A stretch of DNA of 64,000 nt, taken from the sequence record LC765218.1; one strand, written 5' to 3'. A model generated the notes under the pieces. It saw only the letters and a program-made list of their open reading frames with translations, made no database searches and was not told the DNA's origin. The number at the start of each line of letters is the position of its first letter. The stretch's first letter is position 1. The translations under genes and the position numbers were made by a program. Source of the stretch: Pseudomonas phage BRkr. Shown piece by piece: positions 8,797 to 18,189 of this stretch.

Positions 8797-10947
8797 ATGA
8801 ACCAGTGCAGTATGCCTAACCCGTTCATTCTCCCGGTCGATGAATATGCCCGTGACTTGAACATCATTGAAGGATACCTCAATGATCAGGCTCTTTATAT
8901 CTCGGCAATGACGGGAGATGATTTTGAAACCTGTCTGGAGTTTGTAAAAGAACAATCTCGTCCTCAAGGTCAATTTGCCTTGAATAATCCAAAAACCCTG
9001 GTGGTTGATAAAAACCCCCATGGTGACCGTAGTCTTAAAGAAACCACTTTTATGGGTTTTCTTGGACGCGTAAAAAAACAGAATCTTTTGCTGTCGCCGA
9101 GTATGACTGTGTATCTCCCAGAATCACAGCGACAGTCTACACACTCGCAGTATATTGCTGAAGGTGTTGCTAACCGTAAACGTGTAAAGAAAGAACAAAT
9201 GCGGCTGGAAGGTGAAGGTACTCCTGAAGCAGCAGAACTTGCCCAGGTTCGTAAAGGCGAACAAGAGAACTTCAAAATTAACAATAACTCCTATAGTGGA
9301 GCAACCGTATCAGCTGCAACAATTCTGTATTACAAGTCGACTCACTCCAGTTTGACATCGACCTGCCGTACAGCAACCTCGTATGCTAACGCTAACAACG
9401 AGAAGTTCATCACCGGTAACCGTCACTATTATAGTCCGGAAATCACCAAGGCTAATCTTCTGTCGATTGCTAACAACACCGACATGAAGAAGCTGAAAGA
9501 TTGCATCGAACATTTCAACATGCACTATCCGACTCCGGAAGAAGTGGTTGAGATGGTTCTGTATTCGACTGCGCACTATTGGCAGAACCGTGACTACACC
9601 GAACAGATTCGGATGTTGGTTACTGGCTTCACACCACTACAACGTGCTGCTGTTATGTACGTAGGTGATCTGTATCATACTTACAAACATAACAAAACTT
9701 TGATTCGCGGTTTCCTGACTGAGCTTGCTAAAGTAGGTACCGATGAACAAAAGGTTACCAAAGAAGTTTACAACACTTACGATGGTGACCTCCAACTGTT
9801 GGCTAACTTCATCTGCTTTGACTTGGTTAAAGGTCGTAACTACGACAAGCTGAGTAAAGAGTCTCCTGAAGTATTCGACAAGATCTATGCAACAGGTAAG
9901 AACATCTCTGATACGCTGTGGAAATACAAGCGTCTTATTGATGCACTATTGCTGACCAAGAACGTTCCTTCCAGCATTCATGCTTTCCCAACTGCTTATC
10001 GTCGTGCAGCTGTTATTTCCGATACAGACTCGACCATGTTCACGATGCAGTATTGGGTAGAAGAGTTCTTTGGTAAGATCACTTTCACTGACGAAGCCAA
10101 GCGTCTAGTGTTTGCGTTGGTATTCTTGGTGTCGTGTGTTGTAGCACACATTCTAGCGATTCAATCGGCTAACATGGGCGTATCGAAAGAGAAGCTCCGC
10201 CTGCTCGCTATGAAGAACGAATATTACTTCGCGGTACTTTCCCTGACCACACGTTCAAAACACTATTACGCGTCTCAAGATGCACAAGAGGGTGTTATGT
10301 TTGCTAAAGCACGTATGGAAGTTAAAGGTGTCGGCCTTCGAGATTCTAAAGTTCCACCGAAGATTAACAAGACCGCTAAGCGAATGATGGATGATATTAT
10401 TAAATCCATTAAAGCTGAAACACCTTTAGATCTACCAGCAATGTTGAAAGAAGTAGCAGATCTGGAAAGAGACATTATCGCATCTGTACGTTCTGGTAAA
10501 GCTGAATATCTTACCACTGGTAAGTGTAAGAAAATAGATGCATACAAATCTGAAGATAATGCCACTTATGCCAAACATACTTTCTGGAAAGAAGTATGCA
10601 GTCCATCCTTTGGTGAGATTGAAGAACCACCTTATAGTTTCGTAAAGATTTCTGTAACGGTGGACAACAGAACCCGTTTTAACGAATGGGTTGAATCCAT
10701 CGAAGATAAAGGCTTGGCCATGCGTCTAAAACGCTGGGCTATGGAAAATAAGAAGACTGGTATTACCAACTTCCATGTTCCAATGTCTGTTGTAGAAAAC
10801 CGTGGTATCCCAGATGAGATCACACGTGTAGCGGATGTTCGTACGATCATCTCCAACACGATGGGTGTCTTCTATCTGATCTTTGAATCTTTGGGTATCT
10901 TCCTGATCGATAAAGGTAACACTCGTTTGATTTCCGATTTCTATTAA
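8797..10947 (+). CDS. family B DNA polymerase, palm/thumb part (motif B-like KINNNSYSG, motif C ISDTDS); proposed C-terminal half of a split PolB
   Basis: Diverged KxxxNSxYG-like motif near residue 160; DTDS catalytic motif (AAVISDTDSTMF) near residue 410; possible KKRY-like GKCKKIDAY further on. The N-terminal exonuclease/motif A half is proposed to be the gene at 45929-47872 (-). Codon usage is moderately host-optimised. Confidence 0.5.
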   Translation: MNQCSMPNPFILPVDEYARDLNIIEGYLNDQALYISAMTGDDFETCLEFVKEQSRPQGQFALNNPKTLVVDKNPHGDRSLKETTFMGFLGRVKKQNLLLSPSMTVYLPESQRQSTHSQYIAEGVANRKRVKKEQMRLEGEGTPEAAELAQVRKGEQENFKINNNSYSGATVSAATILYYKSTHSSLTSTCRTATSYANANNEKFITGNRHYYSPEITKANLLSIANNTDMKKLKDCIEHFNMHYPTPEEVVEMVLYSTAHYWQNRDYTEQIRMLVTGFTPLQRAAVMYVGDLYHTYKHNKTLIRGFLTELAKVGTDEQKVTKEVYNTYDGDLQLLANFICFDLVKGRNYDKLSKESPEVFDKIYATGKNISDTLWKYKRLIDALLLTKNVPSSIHAFPTAYRRAAVISDTDSTMFTMQYWVEEFFGKITFTDEAKRLVFALVFLVSCVVAHILAIQSANMGVSKEKLRLLAMKNEYYFAVLSLTTRSKHYYASQDAQEGVMFAKARMEVKGVGLRDSKVPPKINKTAKRMMDDIIKSIKAETPLDLPAMLKEVADLERDIIASVRSGKAEYLTTGKCKKIDAYKSEDNATYAKHTFWKEVCSPSFGEIEEPPYSFVKISVTVDNRTRFNEWVESIEDKGLAMRLKRWAMENKKTGITNFHVPMSVVENRGIPDEITRVADVRTIISNTMGVFYLIFESLGIFLIDKGNTRLISDFY

Positions 10948-10957
10948 GAGGTGAATA

Positions 10958-11122
10958 ATGAGCGATCCTGAATTGAAAATGATCTATGAACGTATGCGTA
11001 AATTCACGTTTAATAAAGATGTGGTTATCGTTACAGCCAAGCAACCATGTAACGACCGCATAGTCCGTAGTGGTATTGAGTTCAAGGGACCGATCATTAT
11101 TGATTACATCGGAAAACTTTAA
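10958..11122 (+). CDS. small hypothetical protein (54 aa; below the ORF-track cutoff)
   Basis: ATG at 10958 with GAGGTG RBS 4 nt upstream; fills the gap between the PolB-part stop and hairpin 11129-11146. Confidence 0.35.
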   Translation: MSDPELKMIYERMRKFTFNKDVVIVTAKQPCNDRIVRSGIEFKGPIIIDYIGKL

Positions 11123-11128
11123 ACCAGA

Positions 11129-11155
11129 GGAGTCCTTCGGGACTCCTTTATGTCG
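11129..11155 (+). terminator. hairpin + CTTTATGTCG element
   Basis: ggagtcc-ttcg-ggactcc then tttatgtcg. Confidence 0.5.
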
Positions 11156-11176
11156 TAAATCCACAGATGAGAAAAT

Positions 11177-12346
11177 ATGATGTATAATTCCAATCCAACG
11201 CAAAATAAAGAAGTTGTATCTTTTCCTTTCGGTACTTACAATGTACTGGATGGTAATCTATGTGGTGAGATTGCTCAACCTGGAGCTAGCCGTTTCGCAA
11301 AGATCTGTACACTTGGCTTAGACTACCCCTATATGGAACAAGCATTACTGTTGGATTACAACATGTACTGCCATTTTGATGTTGCTCTACGTCAGGCATT
11401 CGCTCCGGAAGGCAAACTGATTACAGATTCTTACTCGGGTTATACACTTGCAGGATATCTACCGGATGAACTCCAAGAATTAGATGATCTTATCGCTAAC
11501 TTCATGAAAGAACATGAAGAACTCTCTAAGGATCAACTAGAAACTCTTTGGGCTGGTATGACCCTGGTTCGTCGTAGCTGGGTATTGCATGGTACAAGAT
11601 CGACAACTTCGCAAAGCCAAAGACTATGGACCCAGTACAATAACCTGATCAGCAAAAACGGTGAACTACCTGGTACACGACATGAGGTACTTATGAAAAA
11701 GATACCCACCTACGATACCGAATGTAATGAAATGCCAAAGTTCGATGGTATCGTTACTCCTCCTGAATGGTTGAGTATAAACGACGTTTTCACCAAGGGT
11801 TTCAAACCGGGCGAACTCCAAATCATTTCCTCTCCTGTATTGGACGACATTCCCAAAACGAATAGCCGTCTCTACATGTACAATAAACTTCGTGAACTAG
11901 GACATAACAACATCATGTTGGAATCTACTGATACTGAATCTGAAATGTCTACTGACCTTCTGGAACAACACCTGAGCAAAATGGAAACTGTTGAAGCTGA
12001 GCCGACCGAAATCGATTCGATCGAATCCCGCATGCGCACCCGCCGTAAGAAAAAGAAAGGTGCCAAGCGTTCCAAGCATATCACCAACTGTAAGTCCGGT
12101 ATGGTGAAAGCTTTGATGGGTGGATCTATTTTGGCTAAGCTGAGTCAGATTCAAACTCAGACCCAAGATGGTATTAAACGTGAGATCCTCAAGAACCATA
12201 CCTTGAGTTCTTTCGTTGAAACTGTTTCCGGCGAGGCTATCCCTGAGTATCAGAAACGTCTCCTGGATAAGTTCCAAGAGCGTGCTGATAGTAAACCCCT
12301 GAAACCTGTTGAGGAAGTCTCTGTACAGGACGGTGAACAGGTTTAA
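11177..12346 (+). CDS. hypothetical protein with a basic patch (RTRRKKKKGAKRSKH)
   Basis: 389-aa ORF; lies between a terminator/TTTATG element upstream and another downstream. Confidence 0.55.
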   Translation: MMYNSNPTQNKEVVSFPFGTYNVLDGNLCGEIAQPGASRFAKICTLGLDYPYMEQALLLDYNMYCHFDVALRQAFAPEGKLITDSYSGYTLAGYLPDELQELDDLIANFMKEHEELSKDQLETLWAGMTLVRRSWVLHGTRSTTSQSQRLWTQYNNLISKNGELPGTRHEVLMKKIPTYDTECNEMPKFDGIVTPPEWLSINDVFTKGFKPGELQIISSPVLDDIPKTNSRLYMYNKLRELGHNNIMLESTDTESEMSTDLLEQHLSKMETVEAEPTEIDSIESRMRTRRKKKKGAKRSKHITNCKSGMVKALMGGSILAKLSQIQTQTQDGIKREILKNHTLSSFVETVSGEAIPEYQKRLLDKFQERADSKPLKPVEEVSVQDGEQV

Positions 12347-12353
12347 CTTAAAC

Positions 12354-12380
12354 GCCCAGCTTAAGCTGGGCTTTATGTCG
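12354..12380 (+). terminator. hairpin + CTTTATGTCG element
   Basis: gcccagc-ttaa-gctgggc then tttatgtcg; 9 nt before ATG 12389. Confidence 0.5.
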
Positions 12381-12388
12381 AGGTTAAT

Positions 12389-12811
12389 ATGATCCATAAC
12401 CCAAAAGTTCATGGTCCACTACTCAGGGTTAAGAGTCATTACAATTTATCTTCTAATGACTTCGTTGTGACTGGTATGGCTGCACTAGCTGTATCAGTTA
12501 GACGGCAGATCGACCCACAACACATCTCTATTTCGATAAAGAAAGATGTATGGGATAAGCTGATCGCTAAGTACCCTAACCTAAAAGCCGAAACTGTAAA
12601 GAACAGTATTCGTAATCAGCGTTACATTCGTTTGTTGTCGGATGTATATGCTGAGTGTGAAGACGTTCCATCTAAAGATATCAATTGGTATTCTGGTTAT
12701 CAGTTCCTCAAGGCTAATGTACTGAAGAAAGAACTGATCGGTCTTCGCGCTGAGGCAACTAAGAAGAAGAATCAAGAGTTCTACGATAAACTCTTGGAAC
12801 AATTCAAATAA
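12389..12811 (+). CDS. hypothetical protein
   Basis: 140 aa; GAGGT RBS; ends at bidirectional terminator 12820-12843. Confidence 0.5.
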   Translation: MIHNPKVHGPLLRVKSHYNLSSNDFVVTGMAALAVSVRRQIDPQHISISIKKDVWDKLIAKYPNLKAETVKNSIRNQRYIRLLSDVYAECEDVPSKDINWYSGYQFLKANVLKKELIGLRAEATKKKNQEFYDKLLEQFK

Positions 12812-12819
12812 CGACATAA

Positions 12820-12860
12820 AGCCCCTACCTTCGGGTAGGGGCTGTTTATTATGTTTTTTT
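12820..12860. terminator. bidirectional terminator between convergent genes
   Basis: cgacataaagcccctaccttcgggtaggggctgtttattatgttttttt; same 24-nt hairpin as 2046-2069. Confidence 0.75.
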
Positions 12861-13934
12861 CATTTCTTCAATTAGGATAGCTACATCACGACGTAGCGCT
12901 TTAACCATTTCGGTATTACCAGCGGTTTTGAAGACTTGGTCGTTGGTAGCGTCAATCAGATCGATTAATACTTCGTTCATCTGGGAACGGTCGTAACCTG
13001 GGTTCTTCTTAAGCATGGTTACTAGATACTTAATGTACGGTAGACGTGCTAAAGTGTAAGCCCATTCGTTTTGATACGTGATAGGTTCCCGAGGAATCTC
13101 CATAACTTCGAAAAGATTAGTCTTAACAATAGCAGGAGTAATCCAAGCTAGACCTTCCAGCTCTATGCCTTTAATAGAGTTCTCAAAGTTTACATTCTCT
13201 ACGAGCTTATCAACCCGTGGAGTCATATCGGTTAGATAGAAAGGATGAGATACAGGGAAATTCAAACATTTGATACCCTGTGCTTGTCGAGATAACCTAT
13301 TGAAGTAAGCAACATCTAAATAGCTCTCTACCATGTTGGGGAGGACGATACTCCCAACGAAGCGATAGGCATTCTCTAGTTGTTCTACACCACGTTGTTG
13401 TTGCCAACGTAACCAATAGCGATATTGAACTAACAGCATTGGAATGTTAACTGTGATAACACCGTAACCTTTACCAGCTGTAGTATTATTCATCATTGGA
13501 AGATTCACGTCTGTCCGGGTATGATAAAGATATTTAACTGGAGTCAGATCTCTCCAGCGCTTTCCGAGACCCTCCTTCTCGAACTTCTCATAACTGGCTA
13601 TAGCGACTTCTTCACAGTTGGGACCTAGTGTAATCCCCTTCTCATGAATCTTCCCTCTATTAATAGCTGAGGTAAGACCAAATACGCGTGATAAACCTTT
13701 AGCCTGATCTTCAACCTTCTTTGCCCAAGCGGCATCATCAATCTTCCAGTCGATGATAAAATGTTGAATCATGTTGGCGAAAATATTAGCCGAGCCAACC
13801 GCTTTGGGGGCTCGACGGTAATACGTTTTTACATCATTGATCAGTTCCCGATACGTCCTACGGAGATAGACGATCTTTGGGTCAACTGCTTGCCCTAAGC
13901 GCCGCGCTGGGGCGTCCCGGAATAGCATGTACAT
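12849..13934 (-). CDS. hypothetical protein
   Basis: 361-aa ORF convergent with 12389-12811 across a shared hairpin. Confidence 0.55.
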   Translation of the reverse strand: MYMLFRDAPARRLGQAVDPKIVYLRRTYRELINDVKTYYRRAPKAVGSANIFANMIQHFIIDWKIDDAAWAKKVEDQAKGLSRVFGLTSAINRGKIHEKGITLGPNCEEVAIASYEKFEKEGLGKRWRDLTPVKYLYHTRTDVNLPMMNNTTAGKGYGVITVNIPMLLVQYRYWLRWQQQRGVEQLENAYRFVGSIVLPNMVESYLDVAYFNRLSRQAQGIKCLNFPVSHPFYLTDMTPRVDKLVENVNFENSIKGIELEGLAWITPAIVKTNLFEVMEIPREPITYQNEWAYTLARLPYIKYLVTMLKKNPGYDRSQMNEVLIDLIDATNDQVFKTAGNTEMVKALRRDVAILIEEMKKT

Positions 13935-13963
13935 GGTTTTCGTCCATTAGAAATTATTTCAAA

Positions 13964-13973
13964 TCTATATCAT
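13964..13973 (+). promoter_or_regulatory. early-promoter-like motif TCTATATCAT
   Basis: atttcaaaTCTATATCATag, identical to 3934-3953; 43 nt upstream of ATG 14016. Confidence 0.45.
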
Positions 13974-14015
13974 AGTTTTGATATATTCACCCTAATCAAA
14001 GAAAAGGAAATTGTA

Positions 14016-15641
14016 ATGATAAATAAAGCATTGAACAGCACGTCTTCTTATAAACTTGCTGTTGTCAATAATTCGCTCAGACGTTTCTTCGAGGAAACGA
14101 TGGGTCGAATTAACACGGATCTTTTCGTGATACATAACCCGAAATTTGTTAAAGCCATGTTCGATGAGATTTTGAAAACCCTTCCGGATTTTCATGCACC
14201 CACGGACGTTATTAATAATCACATCCGTATTCAGTTCCTTAATACTGTTTCTGATCGCGTTAAAGCGATGTCTGAAAATTTCAGTATATTTAAAGAAACA
14301 TATCAGAAAAGTAATACTGGTATTCTTTTTGAAGACTGGTATTACGAGAGACAACGCGAAGGTATCATGTTGGCTCAGTCCGGTAAATACGACGAACTTA
14401 TTGACAAAGTGGAGAATAGTGAGATGCAATCCAAAGACAAGAATATTGACATTAATCTTGCCGAAGCCATTACTGACTTCATCGCCAGCGTTATACCTAC
14501 AGAACATCGCATGGATTTCATTGGGTACAACGGCAAGTTCGTTAAAGAACTGGCAGTTAAAGTAGCTATTGATCTGGATATTCGAAACCTGCCTTCGGAC
14601 AAGATCCCAACTGTTGGGGAAGTACTGAACTTCCTTAATTCCAATTATAGCAAAGCTCTCGATGAACGAGCTATCGTTTATGGGAAATATATTAACTTCT
14701 ATAAACGTTGCTGTGAAGCCGGCCAGATGAATGGGATGCTGTTTGAAGATTGGTTGATCTCTACTGGTCGAATGGAGAAAAAGGAAATCAAACACGATAA
14801 CCCGTACATCGTTGGTCAGTATACTTCGAAAGGTCCGATTAGTTACGCGCCCTCCCAGAAAACGAACCAACTCGGTGATGATTTCATTGCTGAAACTCGC
14901 CTTCGTTCCGTGCCTTCTATTTTCCGTGGTGGTAATCGGATCAATACTGGGTTCGAACATGAAACAGTGAAAAGTTCGTCATACCTGCAAAACCCAGGTC
15001 TCACTGATCTCTACTATGCAGAGAGTGATAATAACGATAATGACAAACATGTAGAAGAGAATACGCATACACTTGATCGGATCTCTACTGCTTTCACGAG
15101 TGGTAAACTTTCCCCAGAGGAAGAAGCGCGTGCTGCTATCCATCGTGAATTTTCTGGTCCTTCTATTGCACAACTTCTTGTTGAAGAGGCTCAGCGTATT
15201 AGTGAAACCGCAAATAAAATTAATAAGGAAGGAGGCAATGTAAAATCGATGAAGATTGCGGCACTTTCGGCAGATAGTATTCGCCGGGGTGAGTATTTCC
15301 GTTCTCCGCTGACTATTGTTTTCTCTTCTATCAAAGATAAGAAGGAACGAGACTGGGTATTCTCTATCGTCAAGGCGCATGTTCGGGATTGTGTTAAAAA
15401 CAACACCATCGATCCAGTGACGGCCATTCAAGGTCTTCGCAATTTGCATTCTTCCTTTATTGAAGATGACAATCGTTTTGATGACACGATGCTCACTCAC
15501 ATGAAAGAGTATTCTTCGGCGATTGCGCAATACGCTGATCAACTCAGTAAAGTTGTGAACATTAAGAGTGCGAAGGAAATCTACAGTAAGTTGAAAGACC
15601 ACTTGGATGATCTTGAAGACCTCTTGTCTGACGAGAAATAA
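14016..15641 (+). CDS. hypothetical protein
   Basis: 541 aa; AAAAGGA RBS; promoter-like motif at 13964-13973. Confidence 0.6.
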   Translation: MINKALNSTSSYKLAVVNNSLRRFFEETMGRINTDLFVIHNPKFVKAMFDEILKTLPDFHAPTDVINNHIRIQFLNTVSDRVKAMSENFSIFKETYQKSNTGILFEDWYYERQREGIMLAQSGKYDELIDKVENSEMQSKDKNIDINLAEAITDFIASVIPTEHRMDFIGYNGKFVKELAVKVAIDLDIRNLPSDKIPTVGEVLNFLNSNYSKALDERAIVYGKYINFYKRCCEAGQMNGMLFEDWLISTGRMEKKEIKHDNPYIVGQYTSKGPISYAPSQKTNQLGDDFIAETRLRSVPSIFRGGNRINTGFEHETVKSSSYLQNPGLTDLYYAESDNNDNDKHVEENTHTLDRISTAFTSGKLSPEEEARAAIHREFSGPSIAQLLVEEAQRISETANKINKEGGNVKSMKIAALSADSIRRGEYFRSPLTIVFSSIKDKKERDWVFSIVKAHVRDCVKNNTIDPVTAIQGLRNLHSSFIEDDNRFDDTMLTHMKEYSSAIAQYADQLSKVVNIKSAKEIYSKLKDHLDDLEDLLSDEK

Positions 15642-15824
15642 GAAAAGAAATACTGGGGCTAGTTATTTAATACAGGAAATGACCGTGAGGTCCTGACCTG
15701 CTATTTGAGCTATGCCCCAGATCACTGCATACTGAAGTTTGAATCTTAAGGAAACAAATATGTAATACAGTATGTGAAGACTGAATGTCCTCAAATGACC
15801 TTGCTTTTATAGCGGGTCCTCCGG

Positions 15825-15863
15825 TCTATATTGTATTAAAAAAAATCTGAGATCTATATAACA
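15825..15863 (+). promoter_or_regulatory. tandem early-promoter-like motifs (TCTATATTGT at 15825-15834 and TCTATATAAC at 15854-15863)
   Basis: ggTCTATATTGTattaaaaaaaatctgagaTCTATATAACag ahead of the chmA candidate; the second copy shares the flank aaaaaat(at)ctgagatctatat with 25295-25320. Confidence 0.5.
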
Positions 15864-15931
15864 GTTTTGAATCCAATACACTGTTGGATCTCATTCTTGA
15901 TCAAGAAACGTTACAAACATAGGAACAAATC

Positions 15932-17797
15932 ATGATTCGTGATACCGAAACTCAAAACACTCAAGCTCAAGCCAACAACGCTCCGGCTCAAGCTGCTCCG
16001 CGCGCACAACAGGAAGCTCCTCGTATGCAACAAGCTGCACCTCAAGCTCTGCAAGGCGGTATTTCCGGCCTGCCGAACATGTTTAAACGTTCCGGTCGTA
16101 CTGATGGCGGCGACGCCCGTGCGAGCGAAGCGCTGCAAGTAATGACCCGCGTTGGCAAAGATGCCATCGACCATCAAGACCTGGAAAACGATTTCCAGAT
16201 TCTGCGTTTCGACCGTGATGCCAACCGTGTTGGCTACTCCGCGCTGCTGATCGTCAAGCACGCTGCTGGTGGTAACGGTATCATCGTAGTTCGTCCGCTG
16301 ATCATGCCGAACCCGGCAATCACCCTGCCTCCGCGTCAGGTTACCATTCAGAACGGCATGAGCCACGATCGCTTCGATGTAGACGTCGAAGTACAAGACG
16401 TATTCACCGTTCAGTACTGGAACCGCATCTGCGAATTCGTTCGTCAGACCACCGGTCGTCCGAAGGCTGAAGTACACCCGGCTGGACCGCTGCCGATCCC
16501 GGCTGAATTCGATCTGAAAGACGAAGTCCTGCTGAAAGACATTCTGATCCGTTCCGTCAACCTGTGTGACGACGTTCTGGCTAAGAAAGCTGGCGAGACT
16601 CCGTTCCAGATCGCAATGCTGCGCGGCCAAGATGAAACCCTGGCTGCCAAGATGGACTTCTCCGGTCGTCCGGTAATGGACAGCGTCGGTAACCCGATCA
16701 AGTCCGACATCGTGATCAGCCTGAACCGTACCAAGAAACAAGGTCAACAAGAGAACGAGTTCTACGAAGCAGACACCATGCTTAACCAGGTGTCGGTACA
16801 AGTAACCCTGGAGTACACCCCCACTCCGCAAGCCCAGATGTTCGGTCAACAGACCCAACCGCTGCCGCCGTTCTCCCCGGCGATCCTGGTAACCGACATT
16901 CGTCAGGCCAACTGGATCAAGGCAAACACTCTGGAACTGTACCTCTTCGCTCTGTCGAACGCCTTCCGCGTAACCGCTGGCCAGGCTTGGGCTCGTAAGT
17001 TCCTGCCTCAAGTTGGTAAAGTTAAAGACCTGGGTGACATCGGTGCTCTGGGTTGGCTGTCCAACCTGGGTAAGAAGATCGATACCAAGTCCGATACCTT
17101 CACCGATCAGAACTTCGCTGATCTGATGCTGAGCATGGTTCGTCCGAACCCGTCCTTCCTGATCGATCTGGATCGCATGGGCGACAACGCAGCACTGGAC
17201 GTAATCTTCCTGGATGCCATGGGTGGCCCGAACCAACAGAAAGCTACTGCCGCGATCATTCGCGCTGTACAGAACCTGGTTGGTGGTGGCTTCGAGCGCT
17301 TCTTCGACTTCAACACTCAGCCGATCATTGCATCGACTGGCACTGAAGTGAACAAGGGCTACTACTGGGATGGCGACGAGAAACGTGACCGTCGTGACCT
17401 GGATGCACTGGGTGCACTGAACGCTGCTGAGGGCAACCAACAAGAGTGGATGTCCTGGTACGGTACTCAATGCAACCCGAACATCCATCCGGAACTGCGT
17501 AACAAGCAATCCAAGAACTACGACCGTGCGTTCCTGGGTGCTGTAACCTACACCACTCGTGCACATCGTGGTATCTTCAACCCGAAGTTCATCGAGGGTC
17601 TGGATAAGGCGATTGCTGCTGCTGGTCTGACTGTAGCAATGGACAACGTTGCACAGGTCTTCGGTGCTCAGCGCTTCGTTGGCAACACCATGATCCAAGA
17701 CTTCGCTGTCGGTTCTACCGCACAGGTTGTCAACGGCATGGGCGTTGGTGGCGGCTACCAGATGAACATGGTAGGTTCGGTTGGTACTCTGTACTAA
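15932..17797 (+). CDS. chmA: abundant early protein; candidate chimallin (ChmA) phage-nucleus shell protein; a major capsid protein is the alternative
   Basis: 621 aa with Q/A-rich disordered N-terminus. Codon usage is strikingly different from neighbours (GC-rich third positions: CTG, CGT, AAC, GGT), typical of a very highly expressed gene. Sits directly upstream of the RNAP beta-prime N-terminal gene, which I recall (from memory) as the phiKZ gp54-gp55 arrangement. Tandem early-promoter motifs upstream. Identity rests on size, context and expression signature, not on a recognised motif. Confidence 0.5.
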   Translation: MIRDTETQNTQAQANNAPAQAAPRAQQEAPRMQQAAPQALQGGISGLPNMFKRSGRTDGGDARASEALQVMTRVGKDAIDHQDLENDFQILRFDRDANRVGYSALLIVKHAAGGNGIIVVRPLIMPNPAITLPPRQVTIQNGMSHDRFDVDVEVQDVFTVQYWNRICEFVRQTTGRPKAEVHPAGPLPIPAEFDLKDEVLLKDILIRSVNLCDDVLAKKAGETPFQIAMLRGQDETLAAKMDFSGRPVMDSVGNPIKSDIVISLNRTKKQGQQENEFYEADTMLNQVSVQVTLEYTPTPQAQMFGQQTQPLPPFSPAILVTDIRQANWIKANTLELYLFALSNAFRVTAGQAWARKFLPQVGKVKDLGDIGALGWLSNLGKKIDTKSDTFTDQNFADLMLSMVRPNPSFLIDLDRMGDNAALDVIFLDAMGGPNQQKATAAIIRAVQNLVGGGFERFFDFNTQPIIASTGTEVNKGYYWDGDEKRDRRDLDALGALNAAEGNQQEWMSWYGTQCNPNIHPELRNKQSKNYDRAFLGAVTYTTRAHRGIFNPKFIEGLDKAIAAAGLTVAMDNVAQVFGAQRFVGNTMIQDFAVGSTAQVVNGMGVGGGYQMNMVGSVGTLY

Positions 17798-18128
17798 GAA
17801 ACAACTCCCCCGGTTGATAGGGGTGTCAGAAGGCTGGCATCCCGATTCAAATACTGCGACCCTGGTTCACTTCGGTGATAACGGTTAGGAGTAGGTTCCG
17901 CGAAGTAATCGACTAGTGGGCGTAAAGTCTAGGTCGACCTCTCGCTACACGGGCCGTGAGTGATCACTTAACCGAAAGGAGTTACTCTTGGGTAACGTGT
18001 GATCAAACAACGATGGATGGTAAAAGGTCCTAGTGCCAGAGTGCTACAGAGAAGAGCGGAGGTTAAGCTTTGTAGACGACGCTAGGATCGTGCCAGGCTC
18101 CGTTGGTGGTCCATCGATAGTAGATAAG

Positions 18129-18165
18129 GCGGCTCCTTCGGGAGCCGCTTCTATCTCCTTTTTTT
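18129..18165 (+). terminator. hairpin followed by a T7 run, upstream of the RNAP beta-prime N gene
   Basis: gcggctcc-ttcg-ggagccgc, then ttctatctcc, then ttttttt; the T-run is 10 nt from the stem, so not canonical. Confidence 0.45.
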
Positions 18166-18189
18166 GTCGAGACATAATAGGAAGTAGGT

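Noticed and set aside
3019-13934. 3019-3831 and 12849-13934 as paralogues, because both precede the identical 20-nt promoter sequence
   Set aside because: The proteins do not align by eye. The shared 20-mer belongs to the divergently transcribed plus-strand genes (3981 and 14016), not to these minus-strand genes.
15911-17698. 595-aa ORF on the minus strand, antisense to the shell-candidate gene
   Set aside because: Shadow ORF produced by the strongly biased GC-rich codon usage of the sense gene. It has no RBS or promoter context, and the sense gene is clearly the real one (codon bias, RBS, promoter motifs).
17798-18189. Possible tRNA gene in the long intergenic region
   Set aside because: No T-loop (GTTCRANYC) with a flanking 5-bp stem and no cloverleaf could be built by eye; treated as an unclassified structured region instead.
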